Of a stretch of 64,000 nucleotides of DNA, positions 36,401 to 48,199 are shown one piece after another. The notes beneath the pieces were generated by a model, which saw only the letters and a program-made list of their open reading frames with translations, ran no database searches and was not told the origin of the DNA. The stretch is from Chara braunii (taxonomy: Eukaryota > Plantae > Charophyceae). Each line of letters begins with the position of its first letter. Positions within the stretch are counted from its first letter, which is position 1. A program made the translations under genes and the position numbers. The stretch lies in contig BFEA01000034.1 of assembly GCA_003427395.1 (NCBI GenBank), forward strand, positions 2,799,153 to 2,863,152. The letters are read 5' to 3'.

Positions 36401-37811
36401 TATAGGTAGTAGAGGGCGGGACAAAGTACTTTCCTGGTGAGGCTGGCGAAAGCAGCACGGAGGGAGAGTCTGGCGCAGTAGCAGCGTGCATCTTCCCCTG
36501 GTCTGGAAGAAGAGTCATCTCAAGTTTTGCTCATCCAAGCCGTGGACATAGCGTGAGGCCAGCCGTGAAGATTGGAGACGTACCTGTTGGACGGGTACAT
36601 TTCATTGGCCACGATAGTGTTCCACCGAGCTCGTTGTCTGGGTGCCAGCCATTTTCAGGCTCCTCTCCTAGGCTCCATCCGAACCTGCCCGAGCGGACGA
36701 CCAGATATATACGTGTTATAGGGGCAGCAAGTCAGTATTGGGTCTTGTTTTTGTTTTTCTTTCTATCGCTGTGTTTTTTTTTTTTTGCGTGCCCTCCACT
36801 GTGCTGCCCACTTTCTGAAGCGGTCGTTGTTGTTTTCCACAGAGTGCAGTGCACTGCTGCTATGAACTGGACAGGTTGTGGCATATGAGGGTTCGGCACG
36901 TACGCTGCTCGCTGTGACTCACCTGAGGTTGTATTGTGATTTGAGGGGGCTGATAGTGTAGAGGCAAAACGCTGCAGTTGAGTGCCGAGGCGGTGATTAT
37001 GCCTGAGTTGGAACGACTGTTGGTGTCGTCCGATCCACAACAACTGACGTTTCTCACAGGAGGGTTGGGCTCGGACTGATACTGTTGGCCACCGCTGTAG
37101 GCGGCTGTTGCTGCGTCAGCGGACTAAGGGTGGAGTACTGTTGCTAGGGGCTACTACTGTGTAGTGTGGGTGTGTTGAGGGGCGGCATATGAGCAGCTGC
37201 TGCAAGTGGTTGTTGCATGTTATTGATGACTACTGCGGCTGCTGGCGGGTTGTGGCATGCTGCTGGCTGCCCCATACTGTTGGGTGGTGCAGGCTACGGC
37301 AAACAGCTGCGAGCTGTCAACTATTGTTGCTTCTGATGCACCACCGCTGTGCACTGCTACTATGCCTACGGTCTGTGCGCACACTGCTGTTGAGGGTTGT
37401 GGATGTCTGGGCACAGGTAGGGGTGGCAGTCATTGGCAAAAGAGGGGCTGTTGTTATAGGCAACAACTGTTGTGGGCTGAGCTCAGGCTACCACTGTAGA
37501 TTGTGTTCAATCGTACCCATGCTGTGGACTACGAATCTATTGCTGTGTGCGGTGCACAATCTGCCACGGCGTACCGTGCGCTATTGACCCCGGGTTGCCG
37601 CTACTACGTGCAGATTGCCGCTACGGACCAGACAGGTATTGCCACCAGTACTGTTAGTCACCACTAAGCGTGCCGTTGCCTATTACGGCGTACTGCGGTT
37701 ATATATGGACTGTGGCCGCTGTGCAATTGTGGCGGTATACTACGGACTGTACGCAGGTTGCGACTACGAGCAGCTGCAGGTCGAGTACACCTTGCTGCTG
37801 CATGTGGTGCG

Positions 37812-38196
37812 CCACTGAACCGGTAATAACATGCAGCAGGGACAACGGGGCCAGCTTTCGGAACTATGCGCAACGTAATTGGCGCAGGTTGCTGCTGCGG
37901 GTGACTATAGTTGTTACTGGGCGCTGCTGGTCGTAGTCGCAACACCTTGCTGCTGCATGTGGTGCGCCACCACTTACACATGCATGCAGCAAGGTGTACT
38001 CGACCCGCAACAGCAACCTGCGCCAATTACGTTGCGCACAGTTCCGAAAGCTGCCTCCGCTGTCCCTGCTGCATGTTGTTACTGGTTCAGTGGCGGAGCC
38101 AGGGACAGCGGGGGCAGCTTTCGGAACTGTGCGCAACGTAATTGGCGCAGGTTGCTGCTGCGGGTGACTATAGTTGTTACTGGGCGCTGCTGGTCG
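37812..38196. repeat. Forward-inverted-forward triplication of a ~90-bp block
   Basis: CAGGGACA..GGGG.CAGCTTTCGGAACT.TGCGCAACGTAATTGGCGCAGGTTGCTG forward at ~37837 and ~38100, reverse-complemented at ~38004-38095. Confidence 0.9.
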
Positions 38197-39264
38197 TTGC
38201 TGCTGACCAGCACTAAGTACTGTGCTGCGCACGGGTTGCTGCATGTACGGCGAGCCATTAAGGGGTTGTTACCGACTGCGGCTGGAGGCTGCGTGAAAAC
38301 CGCGGTTGCAGGAGGCTAGTATTGTTACTATACTACAACTGGGTGTTGCGGTTGGGCTGCGGTGGTTGCTACTAGAGATGCTTGTTGTTGGCCAGACACC
38401 GGGTACTGCTGCGTACGATGCACTGTTGAATACGATGTGAGGCTGCAGCGTTCGTGGACTGTGTGCAGATTGCAGCCGCTGTGTGTCACTGTTGATGACT
38501 GTGGGCTACTGCGGGTGACATCTGTTTCCGCTGGTGGCTGTTGCTGCGGCTGCTGATGACTGTTGCGGTAGCTATTAATCGCCGTTGAGCCCTACTAATG
38601 CTGTGCATAAGGGCTGACACTGGGTGTGGGGTGACTACAGTTAGGCTTAGAGGAGTAGATTGCGCCTAGGGAGGAAGTCTGGTTTTGTGGTTTGGAGGCT
38701 CATCAGGAAGGGTTACCTCGGCAGTCTGACTTCCTTGACCAAGCTGTCACTTGGCTGCCATTGCGGGGTCCTCAGGCGAACCAAGATAACAAGGCCCCCT
38801 CACGCGAGTCTAAGTGCACTCCTCTGAGAGTCTCTATACTGTCTCTATCTACCTTTCTTACTCCAAGTCTGGTCTATTGGTTACGAGGGGAAGGCGGCAG
38901 GCGGGATTGCAACCCGTAGATCCGCCTCAAGACTCTGTGGGGAGTCCTCCCACTGATTGCGGGAACTCTGCCGGAACCTAGGCGAGGTTCTGGAGGCAGG
39001 GAACCACCAGGTAACTTCTTTCTATCTGTATACCCCCACTACACCCATGTTTGCATATCCCCCCTATAGTTGCTTGATGTATGTCTGCCTGTCCCTATAA
39101 ATCTTGCTTTCTATTCAGGACTTAATCAGACAAAGTAAATGAGGGCATGTTTAAAGTCAAGCTCCAACTTCTTTGATTGATTGAAAGCAGAGTGTGAGAT
39201 TGCATCTAGGGGAAGGGTGGGAGAAAAACAGTATTGCGTGAAGTTTGACTGGGTCAACCAAAGG

Positions 39265-39986
39265 CTGGGCCAGTTCCATAAGTTTGGGAAGGCCCAGTGC
39301 TGTGTTTTATTTTGTATTGCCTGGAGAACCAGACAAATCCATAAGTTTGGGTGGTCTGGTTGCTCTGACTTGTGAGGGCAGAATGTGAGTGTTTCTTCAG
39401 GCGCAGTCAAATCCATAAGTTTGGGTAGTCTGACGACCTTGTTTATTTGGGATTTTTGACAGTTTCTTTGGTTTCTGAATGAGGAGGTGAGAATGTCCCA
39501 TAAGTTTGGGTGGCTCTACCTCTTCCTGCTTTGGTCTAAGAGAAATAAACCAGGCTGAGGACCAAGACATGTTCCATAAGTTTGGGTAGTCTTGGTCCAA
39601 CGCCTCGCACATGCTGGAACCGGAAGGCTATAACTTTGATATACTTTACTATTATACTATCTATGAACAGGCTAGTCAGGCAGGGTTCCATAAGTTTGGG
39701 TGACCTGACTATAGCTTATCACCAACTGAAGAGAGTACTTAACTAAGAGTAAACTTGTGGTACGAAGAGGCAGGCTGAGTCTTGAGCTGAAGATGATCGG
39801 CTCAGCTATATGCTACCTCAAAAGACTAAGTACAGACAATTATATAAACCTTGGATACTTAAACAGTTCAGGGCGGCTAGGGTGACCTATTCATATGCCC
39901 AAAGAAGAGAAAAGTTGTTGTGCCCTGTGTTTGTGTATACTTCTTGGTTGGGCTAGACATGTTCCATAAGTTTGGATGGTCTAGCC
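39265..39986 (+). other. Array of seven stem-loops with near-invariant CCATAAGTTTGG apex and variable closing stems
   Basis: Motif at ~39276, 39339, 39413, 39498, 39574, 39688 and 39964, each bracketed by its own inverted repeat. Confidence 0.85.
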
Positions 39987-40310
39987 TTATGCCCTAGGTA
40001 AGCTGGGTATAAGGGATAAATCATTGAAAGACTACGAACTATTGGTTGCTAAAGGTAACTTGGGGATGGTGAGAGAGTGCATGTATGTGGTTTGACCTGC
40101 ATGTGACTGAGTGATGCCACTTCTTAGTCTGAGTTTGGATTTGATAGGTAGTTGTTGTAGTTGCTCGCCAAGTGCTAGAGCCATAGGAGTTAGAGTCAAT
40201 TCCTGCATTTTCTGGGCTCATTTTTTTTACTTAGATCAATTTCTGCATTTTATGGGCTCGTTTTTTTACTTAGATCGATTTCTGCATTTTCTGGGATCTT
40301 TTGATTCGTA

Positions 40311-40870
40311 CTTGGTCTTGTATAAATCTTGGTAAGCTACTTTCTCTACGAGAAGCGCTGCCGAAATTTCTACAAGATCAAGAAGTTAGTCAAAACTTTG
40401 ACTTTTTCAGGATCCGGCCTTGATGACTTTTTGACTTAGTAAGAATCTGGGGAGCCTCCTTTGCTAAAGGAGGTGCTGCCCAAAATTTTACTAAGTCAGG
40501 GAGTTAGCCAAAATTGGGCCCTAAAGGATCAAAGTCATTTTCAGATTCCAAACTTGGCCTTGTATAAATCTTGGACTAGCACTTTCTCTACGGGAAGCGA
40601 TGCCGAATTTTTTACAAATCTAAGGAGTTGGTTGGGATTCTGTCTTGACAGAACTTAGACTTTATGTCTTAGTTCAGTTCTGACTTAGTATAAATCTGAG
40701 AAGCCTCCTTCCCTGAAGAAAGTGCTGCCCAAATTTTTGCTAAGTCAGGGAGTTAGACAAATTTTGGCCTTCTCGAATCCAAAAGTCAGACTTTTAGACT
40801 AGTATATTTTTTGCGATATCACTTTTCCTACGGGAAGCGCTGCCGAAATTTTCCTTATTTAGAGGAGTTA
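40311..40870 (+). repeat. Five ~120-bp diverged tandem units (A-B-A-B-A), each with fold-back potential
   Basis: Units at ~40311, 40432, 40553, 40680 and 40797 share CTT(A)GTA.AAAT...GC...GAAG/GGAG..CTGCC.AA.ATTT...GAGTT.G. Confidence 0.8.
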
Positions 40871-42768
40871 GAATATATTTGGACATGTGGCGACCTATGT
40901 AGGGGAGACTATGACGAGATCCACCTTTTGCTGAGTGCTATCTAGATGAAGACTTAGACTTAGTTAGATATGATAACTTGAGTAAGGTCAGGATATGGAG
41001 ATTACTCTCCCTGAACGTATAAACTTAGCTTGAGACTGACCTGTCTTGTGTTACAGGTCGCCTTGGTCGATTGATTCAAGACTTGGACTAGGTCCAACGT
41101 GATCCTACAAGGATCACCTTCTGTTATCACCGATAACAGTTCGGTTGCCGATTCGTCGGTTTACGACTCAACCTCAACCCACTCTCCTTACTCAACCTAA
41201 AGAGGCTTCAGCCCCGATGATCTTTTCTGTTTTGTTAAGGTTTCACCCAGACTTTTATTGAATGGCCATTTAACAAAGGTACTGAGTATTTACTTAAGGT
41301 TGGTTGACTGGAGGTTGGGGCTTGCATGGCTGAGGCGAAGGGTATGAGCATAGAGATTGGTTGGAGTTGACTCCGTGTAGTGTATGGACTTCTGTTTGAC
41401 TCTTGATGTGATTGCAGGTATGTCATGTGGCTTGAATTATTGGATTGGACTGCCCTGCGAGCTTATATATGTGCATTCGGAGACCCCCTATGATTGTGAG
41501 GTGTGATCGTCACACGTTTATTCCCACATGAGTATATATGTGTGTATATATGTATGTATGCGTACCTATATGGGGTACTTGTGTAGTCGAAGGGCCCGCG
41601 TGCTAAGGAGTTAACCAGGGGTTGGGCTAATAGAGAAAGGATGACCCCTCTATTTATAAATACGATTCTGAGGAAATTGTGGTCGGACGTTAGCCCTGAA
41701 CCTAGAAGGCGATGATCCTCACCCGGGACGACCCACGTCCCTCGGACTATCTCTAAAAGGGTTCACTTCTGATAAAAGTCGAAGGTATTTTCCTTGTTGG
41801 GATTTATTTTGGTGGAACGATAAAGTTCCGGGTGGAAGGGTCAGCGTGTCGCTGGTGGTGCGCCAGACAACTCACCACCGCTCCAAATCCCTTCCTGCCC
41901 TAGAAACCATTTTATCCCGCACCCTTTGGGACACCTTAGGGTGCAGAAGGCGGTAGGGCCCTCAGACCGGTTTTGCGCCCGCTAAAGGGTTACCCCCCCT
42001 TAGCGCGCACTTCAGCCGATGCCGGAACATCGGAAGCCACCACATGGCTCAGAATAGGCCATTCGGGTATGGGCACACATAATGTGTCGTCATCGCAGTT
42101 ACTCACGTAGAGCTGCATAGTGAATTGGTATGCATGGATCCTATGTTCGAGCGATCTTATACTAAACCTCGCGTACGGCAGTTACCGACTTCCACCGTGC
42201 AAAGTTATGGGTTGGATACAAAGGGACTAGGAGTGTGTCGCGTTGTACGTCTTTCGTGTCGTTTAGTACCTGTGTGCGTGTGTGCGCGTGCTTTAATTTT
42301 CTGTACCTTGTAGTGGTGTGTGCGTGGCGCGTGGGATACGTCCTAGTCGACCGGCGACGGACCGCGCTTGGGACCTCAGCCCCCCAAGACGTCAGTTCGC
42401 GTGCGGGCCCGATAGAGGCGTAATACCGCGCGTACCCCTTATGCTACAGCGAACGAGAAACGCCCTCGGCTGGTCCACCTCTGCGATTGCAGCTGATCAG
42501 CTTTCGTATTGTGGACTGGTAGCTCGGCGGGGATACGCCCACCGAAGGGAGGTGACAACTTTCGTAAGGTGGAGGTAGTCGTGCCTCGCGTAGGCCCTGT
42601 CCTGTCGTAGGGGCTCGCGAGAGGTATGGCTGGCGCAGCCGGCCGGAGCGGCTTACGGAAGCTCCGTATATATACCACAATAGGGATGTGTACTCTGACT
42701 CCTGCGTGACGCGGCCGGGAGGGTCCCGCGCTACCTCTGAGTAGTGCCGGACCGATGCGCTCGACAGG

Positions 42769-42786
42769 TGGCGCCGTTGCCGAGGA
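42769..42786 (+). promoter_or_regulatory. Primer-binding site, tRNA-Asp type
   Basis: TGGCGCCGTTGCCGAGGA 2 nt after the LTR-end CA; matches the Athila-type PBS TGGCGCCGTTGCCGGGGA with one mismatch. Confidence 0.85.
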
Positions 42787-43113
42787 CTGACGGTTGCTTG
42801 TCGTTGTCCCTGGTGGAACGACATCCGGGTATTAGGATAAGGAAGAAATCAGGCATGAGTGGGAGATCTGAAGTAAAGCGTATAAGTAGGACTATAAGAG
42901 GGATTGTATGACTATAGTAGCTATGTGGGAGAACTCACAGCTTAGGTAGACCTTGTGAATGAAGGAAAGAGACGTGGGTGTCAGTTAAAGTCTGAAACGC
43001 CCAAGGGCTAAGTGGTTAGCTCCGTAGGCTTATGCTGGAGTGAGAGTGCTGAATAAAGTTGCCTTTGTACCTCGTTTTACTACAGGGAAGTTAAGTGAAG
43101 GAAGAGCTGCTAA

Positions 43114-44656
43114 AATGGCAGGCGGCATAGGTGACAGTTCAGGCAAGGTCCTGACCCTCGATGACCTCATCGAGGCGATGGACAAGCGGGAGAGAACGCC
43201 GAGAAGTGTCCCCAAAGTCGACACCTTCCACTTCAATAGGGAACGAGTCTCTGAGTGGCTGGACCTAGTGGAGCAAGCCTTGGTGGGAGTACCAGACGAG
43301 ATGAAATTCAAACGCATCCTGCAGTATGTGCTCCGTAAGCACCATCCAGAAGTGCAGAAGGTGGTCGACGACGCTAACGGCGACTGGGCTAAATTTAAGG
43401 AAGGAATGCAGCGAAAGTATAGGTTGGGGGATGGCCTGCTGACTATGGCGGACCTAGAGGCAATGAATAGGGACGACTTCACCACCGTTGGGGCATTCCT
43501 ACAAGAATTCAGAAAGAAGGCGAGAAAGGTACATGGGATATCAGAGGAGGCGCAGTGCGCCGTCTTCCTGGGACTGCTCACCGCATCTGAGACAGTTGAG
43601 CTAACAAGCCATGGGGGAGGAAATGCCAAACTTACCTAGGCCATCATTGACAGAGGGGTGGAGGTTGGAGGCCTCGACCAGGTCGAGCAGCACCAGGTGA
43701 GACTGCAGAGGCAGAAACGGAAGGAAAGGGATGCGGCTGGATCACCAGGAGTAAAGAAGATCATAACCGACGTACTAGCAGGGCTAGACCCGGTGATACA
43801 GCGGAAGGTGACGGCGGCAGTCCAGGAAAAAGGCAAGGGGGCCGTGGTAGAGGAGGCTACCCAGGAGGGATGGGAAGAGGAGGAGCCGGTACCTCCACAC
43901 CTTACAAAGGCGCAGCGTAAGCAGCGCAATCTAGCACAAGGCGGACAAGGGTCAGGAAAGGGCCAGGTACCTCAAGTAGTGGTAGCGGCATCTCCGAGTT
44001 CGTCCGCGCCATCAAGTAGTGCGGGCCCATCGCAAGTACCAGTGCCACCATTTGGGCACTGGCCGTGACCCCTAATTAATACCTATGTACCCTGGGGTGG
44101 CCCAGCGCCGTCTGGACAGGTAATACCCTATGCTGGGCCCCAGGCAAGTATGCCACCTCCGAGCTACCCAGCCGCCCAGACTCAGCCAGCGGTACCACCG
44201 ACGCAGATGCCCACACAAAGTTCACAAGGCAGTGTGGCGGGTGGTGGTAGTCAAGGCCAAGGGAACCAGGGGAATGGAGGAAGGGGCGGTGGACGAGGAC
44301 GTGGCAGGAAGGGGCGGTGGACGAGGACGTGGCAGGAATGGTGGTAGCCGAGGAGGCCAATGGGGTAACCAAGGCTACCAGGGCAACCAAGGCGGCCAAG
44401 GCAATCAAGGCGGCCAAGGCAACCAAGGGGGCCAAGGTGGTGGAAGGGCCCGATTTGATTGGCGGACTGCCATATGTCAGCATTGTGACTAGGAAGGTCA
44501 CACTATAGGGTTTTGCAATATCAGGCGGGAGGACGAGAAGAATGGTATGATTTACTCTAATATGGATGGAGACATTTACGATCAATTTGGAGATTTTATT
44601 GATAGGAAGGTTGGTGGGGTTAGGGCGGAGGCCCAACGAAGGTTGGCAGCACGACA
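43114..44656 (+). pseudogene. Retrotransposon gag-like ORF, disrupted and 3'-truncated
   Basis: MAGGIGDSSG...VPKVDTFHF...EWLDLVEQ...; in-frame stops at 43637, 44066 and 44490; frameshifts; G/Q/N-rich repeat followed by CCHC knuckle CQHCD*EGHTIGFC. Confidence 0.85.
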
Positions 44657-45517
44657 ACGTTGACACAATAATTGTTGCATTTGGATGAAAGCTCTAATCA
44701 AAAATCTATTTTCTCATGCATCAGGGGTACCTTGAAACGAATGACTTCACTGTTCAGATTTTCAAATAGTCCAGACTTGGACATTATGGTTGAAGGCAAT
44801 ACAAAAACCTCTAGTATGTAAAAGCGGTGAATCAGATTACCTGTTTACGACCAGACAACAAGAGTAGGTTTCCTGTGTTCCCAGTTGGGCCCTGCTGTAT
44901 ATTCTGCAAAACTGAACCAACTTACGATTGTTGGCCAAGGCCAGGCATGCACAATGCCCAAGTTCGCATTACACTCTATTCATGCGAAGTTCGCTCATTG
45001 CAGGTTCCACAAGTTGAGGGCTTCCTATGGGCTTTAGTAATCATTTAGTTCTGCCTCGAAGACTGTAAAACCGATTATGAAATACCCTTGTAGTAAGGGA
45101 AAACTGCAAGTTTATCCCTATCAATGAAAATTTTTGTAAATGTCCCTACAGTTCTATCATATCTCGAGTCGGCGTCTGTTATTTTAGCATTTCAAAGGAC
45201 CCTCATATTTTGTTCAATCTATCATGTTCACACCTATAAATATGAGATCCTATAACGGTGACCTCTACACAGGTTTCACTATGGATCTCAAATTTGCAGG
45301 TTTGAGTGATCTTTAGTTTTTTTTTTTTTTTTTTTTATATTGACTGATTGTATGAACCTTCATAGATAGCAGTTCGAAAGGAGTGTGTGACAGACCGATG
45401 CAAATCCCGGCACCGTGCTGGTCGTCGAGGACCTAGGAAGCGGGCGCAGCGAGTGACAGGCGTTGTAGCCCCTGGCTTCAGCGAATGGCAGGCGCCCTCC
45501 CTGGGTTTCCTCACACT

Positions 45518-45582
45518 NNNNNNNNNNNNNNNNNNNNNNNNNNNNNNNNNNNNNNNNNNNNNNNNNNNNNNNNNNNNNNNNN

Positions 45583-45673
<91 letters not shown>

Positions 45674-45860
45674 GCGGTAATGCCTCATGTGCAAAATGCG
45701 AATGAATTGTCTCCGAGATCGTCGGAAGATCTGTTCCTGTTTTACACATCCCGAGAGAGGCGCACGCAACGATTGGGCTCTAGATGTGCAAAATGAGAAT
45801 GAATCTCTCGAGAGAACGCGGTAAGATTCATTTGTTTCATGATAACGGGCAACACGCTCC

Positions 45861-45940
<80 letters not shown>
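45518..45940. repeat. Assembly gap followed by (CT)n microsatellites
   Basis: N-run at 45518-45582; CT runs at 45583-45670 and 45862-45939. Confidence 0.95.
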
Positions 45941-45943
<3 letters not shown>

Positions 45944-46612
45944 ATAAGATGGCAAACTCTGTTTATGTTGGACCCTCAAAGTATAATGGCCAATCTGAGA
46001 AAATATTGGAAGCAACTATAATTATAACCCCCAATCAACAACAAGCCGCCATATCGTGGTTCCTCTCCCCGGTCGCCACTCCCTTTGCAGTATGGTTGGT
46101 TGAGCATGGTATGAAACTTTATCTTGCATGTCAACGCTGCCAATGGGCTTTTGAATCTACCATTCATTTATGGTGGGATTGCCCAACTTCAAGAAGTGGT
46201 GGATAGATAAATGAGATTGTATTACAGGTGGTATGTTGATTTGGCACAAAACTTCGTGCCTACTAGGCGACATTCCAGACGACCTTTATGATTGGGCGAC
46301 ATTACAGGTGGTGTCAAAAGGTTGGGGGTATGTTGCTCATACTTTGAGAGCGGTGGTGTGTGCTATAGTATGACAAGGAAGAAACGATTGTATTCTTTAT
46401 GATAAAAATTGGTCAAGCAAGCAAATATATGATACAATAAAGCAGGGGATAAGGTAATCCATCCAAGAAAACTGGAGACGAAAAGTGTTGAAAGCGAATA
46501 ATAAGACAAGTGGTCTGTCATGGTTCTGAGAGAATAAGATAAGTGCATCCAAGGCACCTTAGAAAACATTGAAGATGCTAAACTTATTTTAGATGAGTAA
46601 TTGCTATGTTCT

Positions 46613-46844
46613 CAGCTTAGCATGATCAACCTGGGGCACTCGATCGCTTGTTCGGTCACAAGAGAAAGACAGTAGTGTGGGTGGGTGGAGAGAGCATTTA
46701 TTAAATAAAACTTAGGGATGAGATTATCAACTTAGCTTAGCATGATCAACCTGGGGCACTCAATTGCTTGTTCGGTCACAAAAAAAAGTTGTATTGTAGT
46801 TGGGTGGAGAGAGCGTTTATTGAATAAGACTTAGGGATGAGATT
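46613..46844. repeat. Tandem duplication, 120-bp period x2
   Basis: AGCTTAGCATGATCAACCTGGGGCACTC...ACTTAGGGATGAGATT occurs twice. Confidence 0.9.
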
Positions 46845-47131
46845 CTCTTCACCGCTTATAGAGGGTATGGATTAAAATTATGTTAGAGAAGTAGGTAGCA
46901 CAACGTAGCCATTAACTTGTCTCACATATATACAAAGGTTCATTATTTTTCATTCCTTGTTTGCAATCTAACCAATTCATTTTAACTGTTAATTTTCTTT
47001 ATTTCCTTAATATGGGTTACCACTCTCAAGAAATGAATCATTACGTTTTAAGATTCCGACAACGTAGCTGGTTTTAACTCATACAATAACATGATGATTG
47101 GTCAAGTATTATTTTTTAATCTGTAAGGCAT

Positions 47132-47494
47132 TAACAAGCATTTCGTTAAAATTGTCATTTTTTACTATTTTCACGAAATTGATCTTCCAAAAAAACACAG
47201 TATTTTTTAGTATTTTTTTGTGTCGACCACATCAGACCATTGATGGTCCGGCGTCCCTAGGATGCCGGACCATCTGATCTACCTTGATTTTTTTTCTTTT
47301 TTTTTTGACCCTCGGATGTATTTTGACGATACTTTACGTTGAGATACATTAGATGGTCCGGAGTCCCCAGGACGCCGAACCATCAATAGTCCAATGTCGT
47401 GGGCACAAAAACACGCTAAAAAACACAGTTTTTTCTTGGATGCCCAATTTCGTGAAAATAGTAAAAAATGACAATTTTAACGAAATTCCAGTTC
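47132..47494. mobile_element. Non-autonomous long-TIR element, copy 2
   Basis: Aligns end to end with 4828-5183. Confidence 0.85.
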
Positions 47495-48029
47495 ATTATA
47501 GTTAATGTGGTTTAAGCACAATTTTTTTTTTTTTTAGTCATGTATGCTCCCCATATAAGGTGGAATTTTACCTTTTTACAGCATTGTATAAGATTCGAGT
47601 CTTCAATGCTCCAAACTAGGTCAATGGTGTGCCTATCCCCCAACATGACCTATTGGATAGTTTCTCTTTCATCTTGCGGAATGACGCTGACAAATAAGCA
47701 ATCTCTCGAGTACAACNCATCATCACCTAACTCTAAGGCTAGGTTGTTAACATTAACAATTGTCCTCGCCTTGGAGTAACATGAAAATCGTAGTTGAAAC
47801 TCATTTTCAAACAGAAATTGTGATAACGCCTTAGTTTTTCATTTCAGGGTTTGGGGGAGAAGAGAATCAATAATTTTGTGGAGTAACAATTTTACCTTAA
47901 AGGTAAAGGGGTACATAGATCTGTTAGGTGTAATTTTTTATTCACTATTTTTATGCCAGTTGAAAGCAGAGTTGAAAGGGTGAATTTATACCCTTATGAT
48001 TGATATTAATTTTATTAACTCAAAGCAAA

Positions 48030-48170
48030 TGTACTGTATATCAGGGATTTTGGACCCGTTTTCCAGCAAGTGTTGCTCCTCATCAATAAATGAAACCTTT
48101 CCAACAGACTCACTCCCCAGAGTTTCTCTTACCACCTTTGTAAATGTTGTATAGTGTCGTTAGCAAAAAC
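48030..48170 (+). mobile_element. Old LINE 3'-tail remnant
   Basis: GGGATTTTGGACCCGTTTTCCAGCAAGTGTTGCTCCTCATCAATAAATG is a decayed version of the shared tail motif. Confidence 0.65.
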
Positions 48171-48199
48171 GTTTGATTTCAGTTGTTTCCCAATGAGAA

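Larger units (their letters stand above)
34166..44656 (+). mobile_element. Truncated Ty3/gypsy (Athila/Tat-like PBS) element: very long LTR-like region, PBS, gag; no pol
   Basis: TGTCG start at 34166; ...GCTCGACA end at 42766 followed by a PBS; gag at 43114-44656; ACGT on both outer flanks. The left boundary is inferred from termini and TSD only. Confidence 0.65.

Noticed and set aside
39265-39986. CRISPR array (short repeat with unique spacers)
   Set aside because: The repeat is only ~13 nt, spacing is irregular (63-276 nt), the context is a eukaryotic LTR with no cas genes, and the flanks pair with each other; reported instead as a stem-loop array.
39700-40870. Hammerhead ribozyme / retrozyme in the LTR
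   Set aside because: No CUGANGA...GAAA core with the required three stems was found by eye.
36700-41430. Several strong splice-like sites in the LTR region (e.g. TTTCTCACAG 37059, CAGGTAAC 39008, TGTTACAG 41056, CAGGTATG 41416)
   Set aside because: No coherent reading frame could be assembled; a spliced non-coding transcript is possible but needs RNA-seq.
45335-46206. Long ORFs rich in RE/SL/CV/HT repeats here and at 74-548, 8406-8996, 12304-12868 and 32932-33226
   Set aside because: These are open frames created by stop-free microsatellites and N-runs; no domain content.
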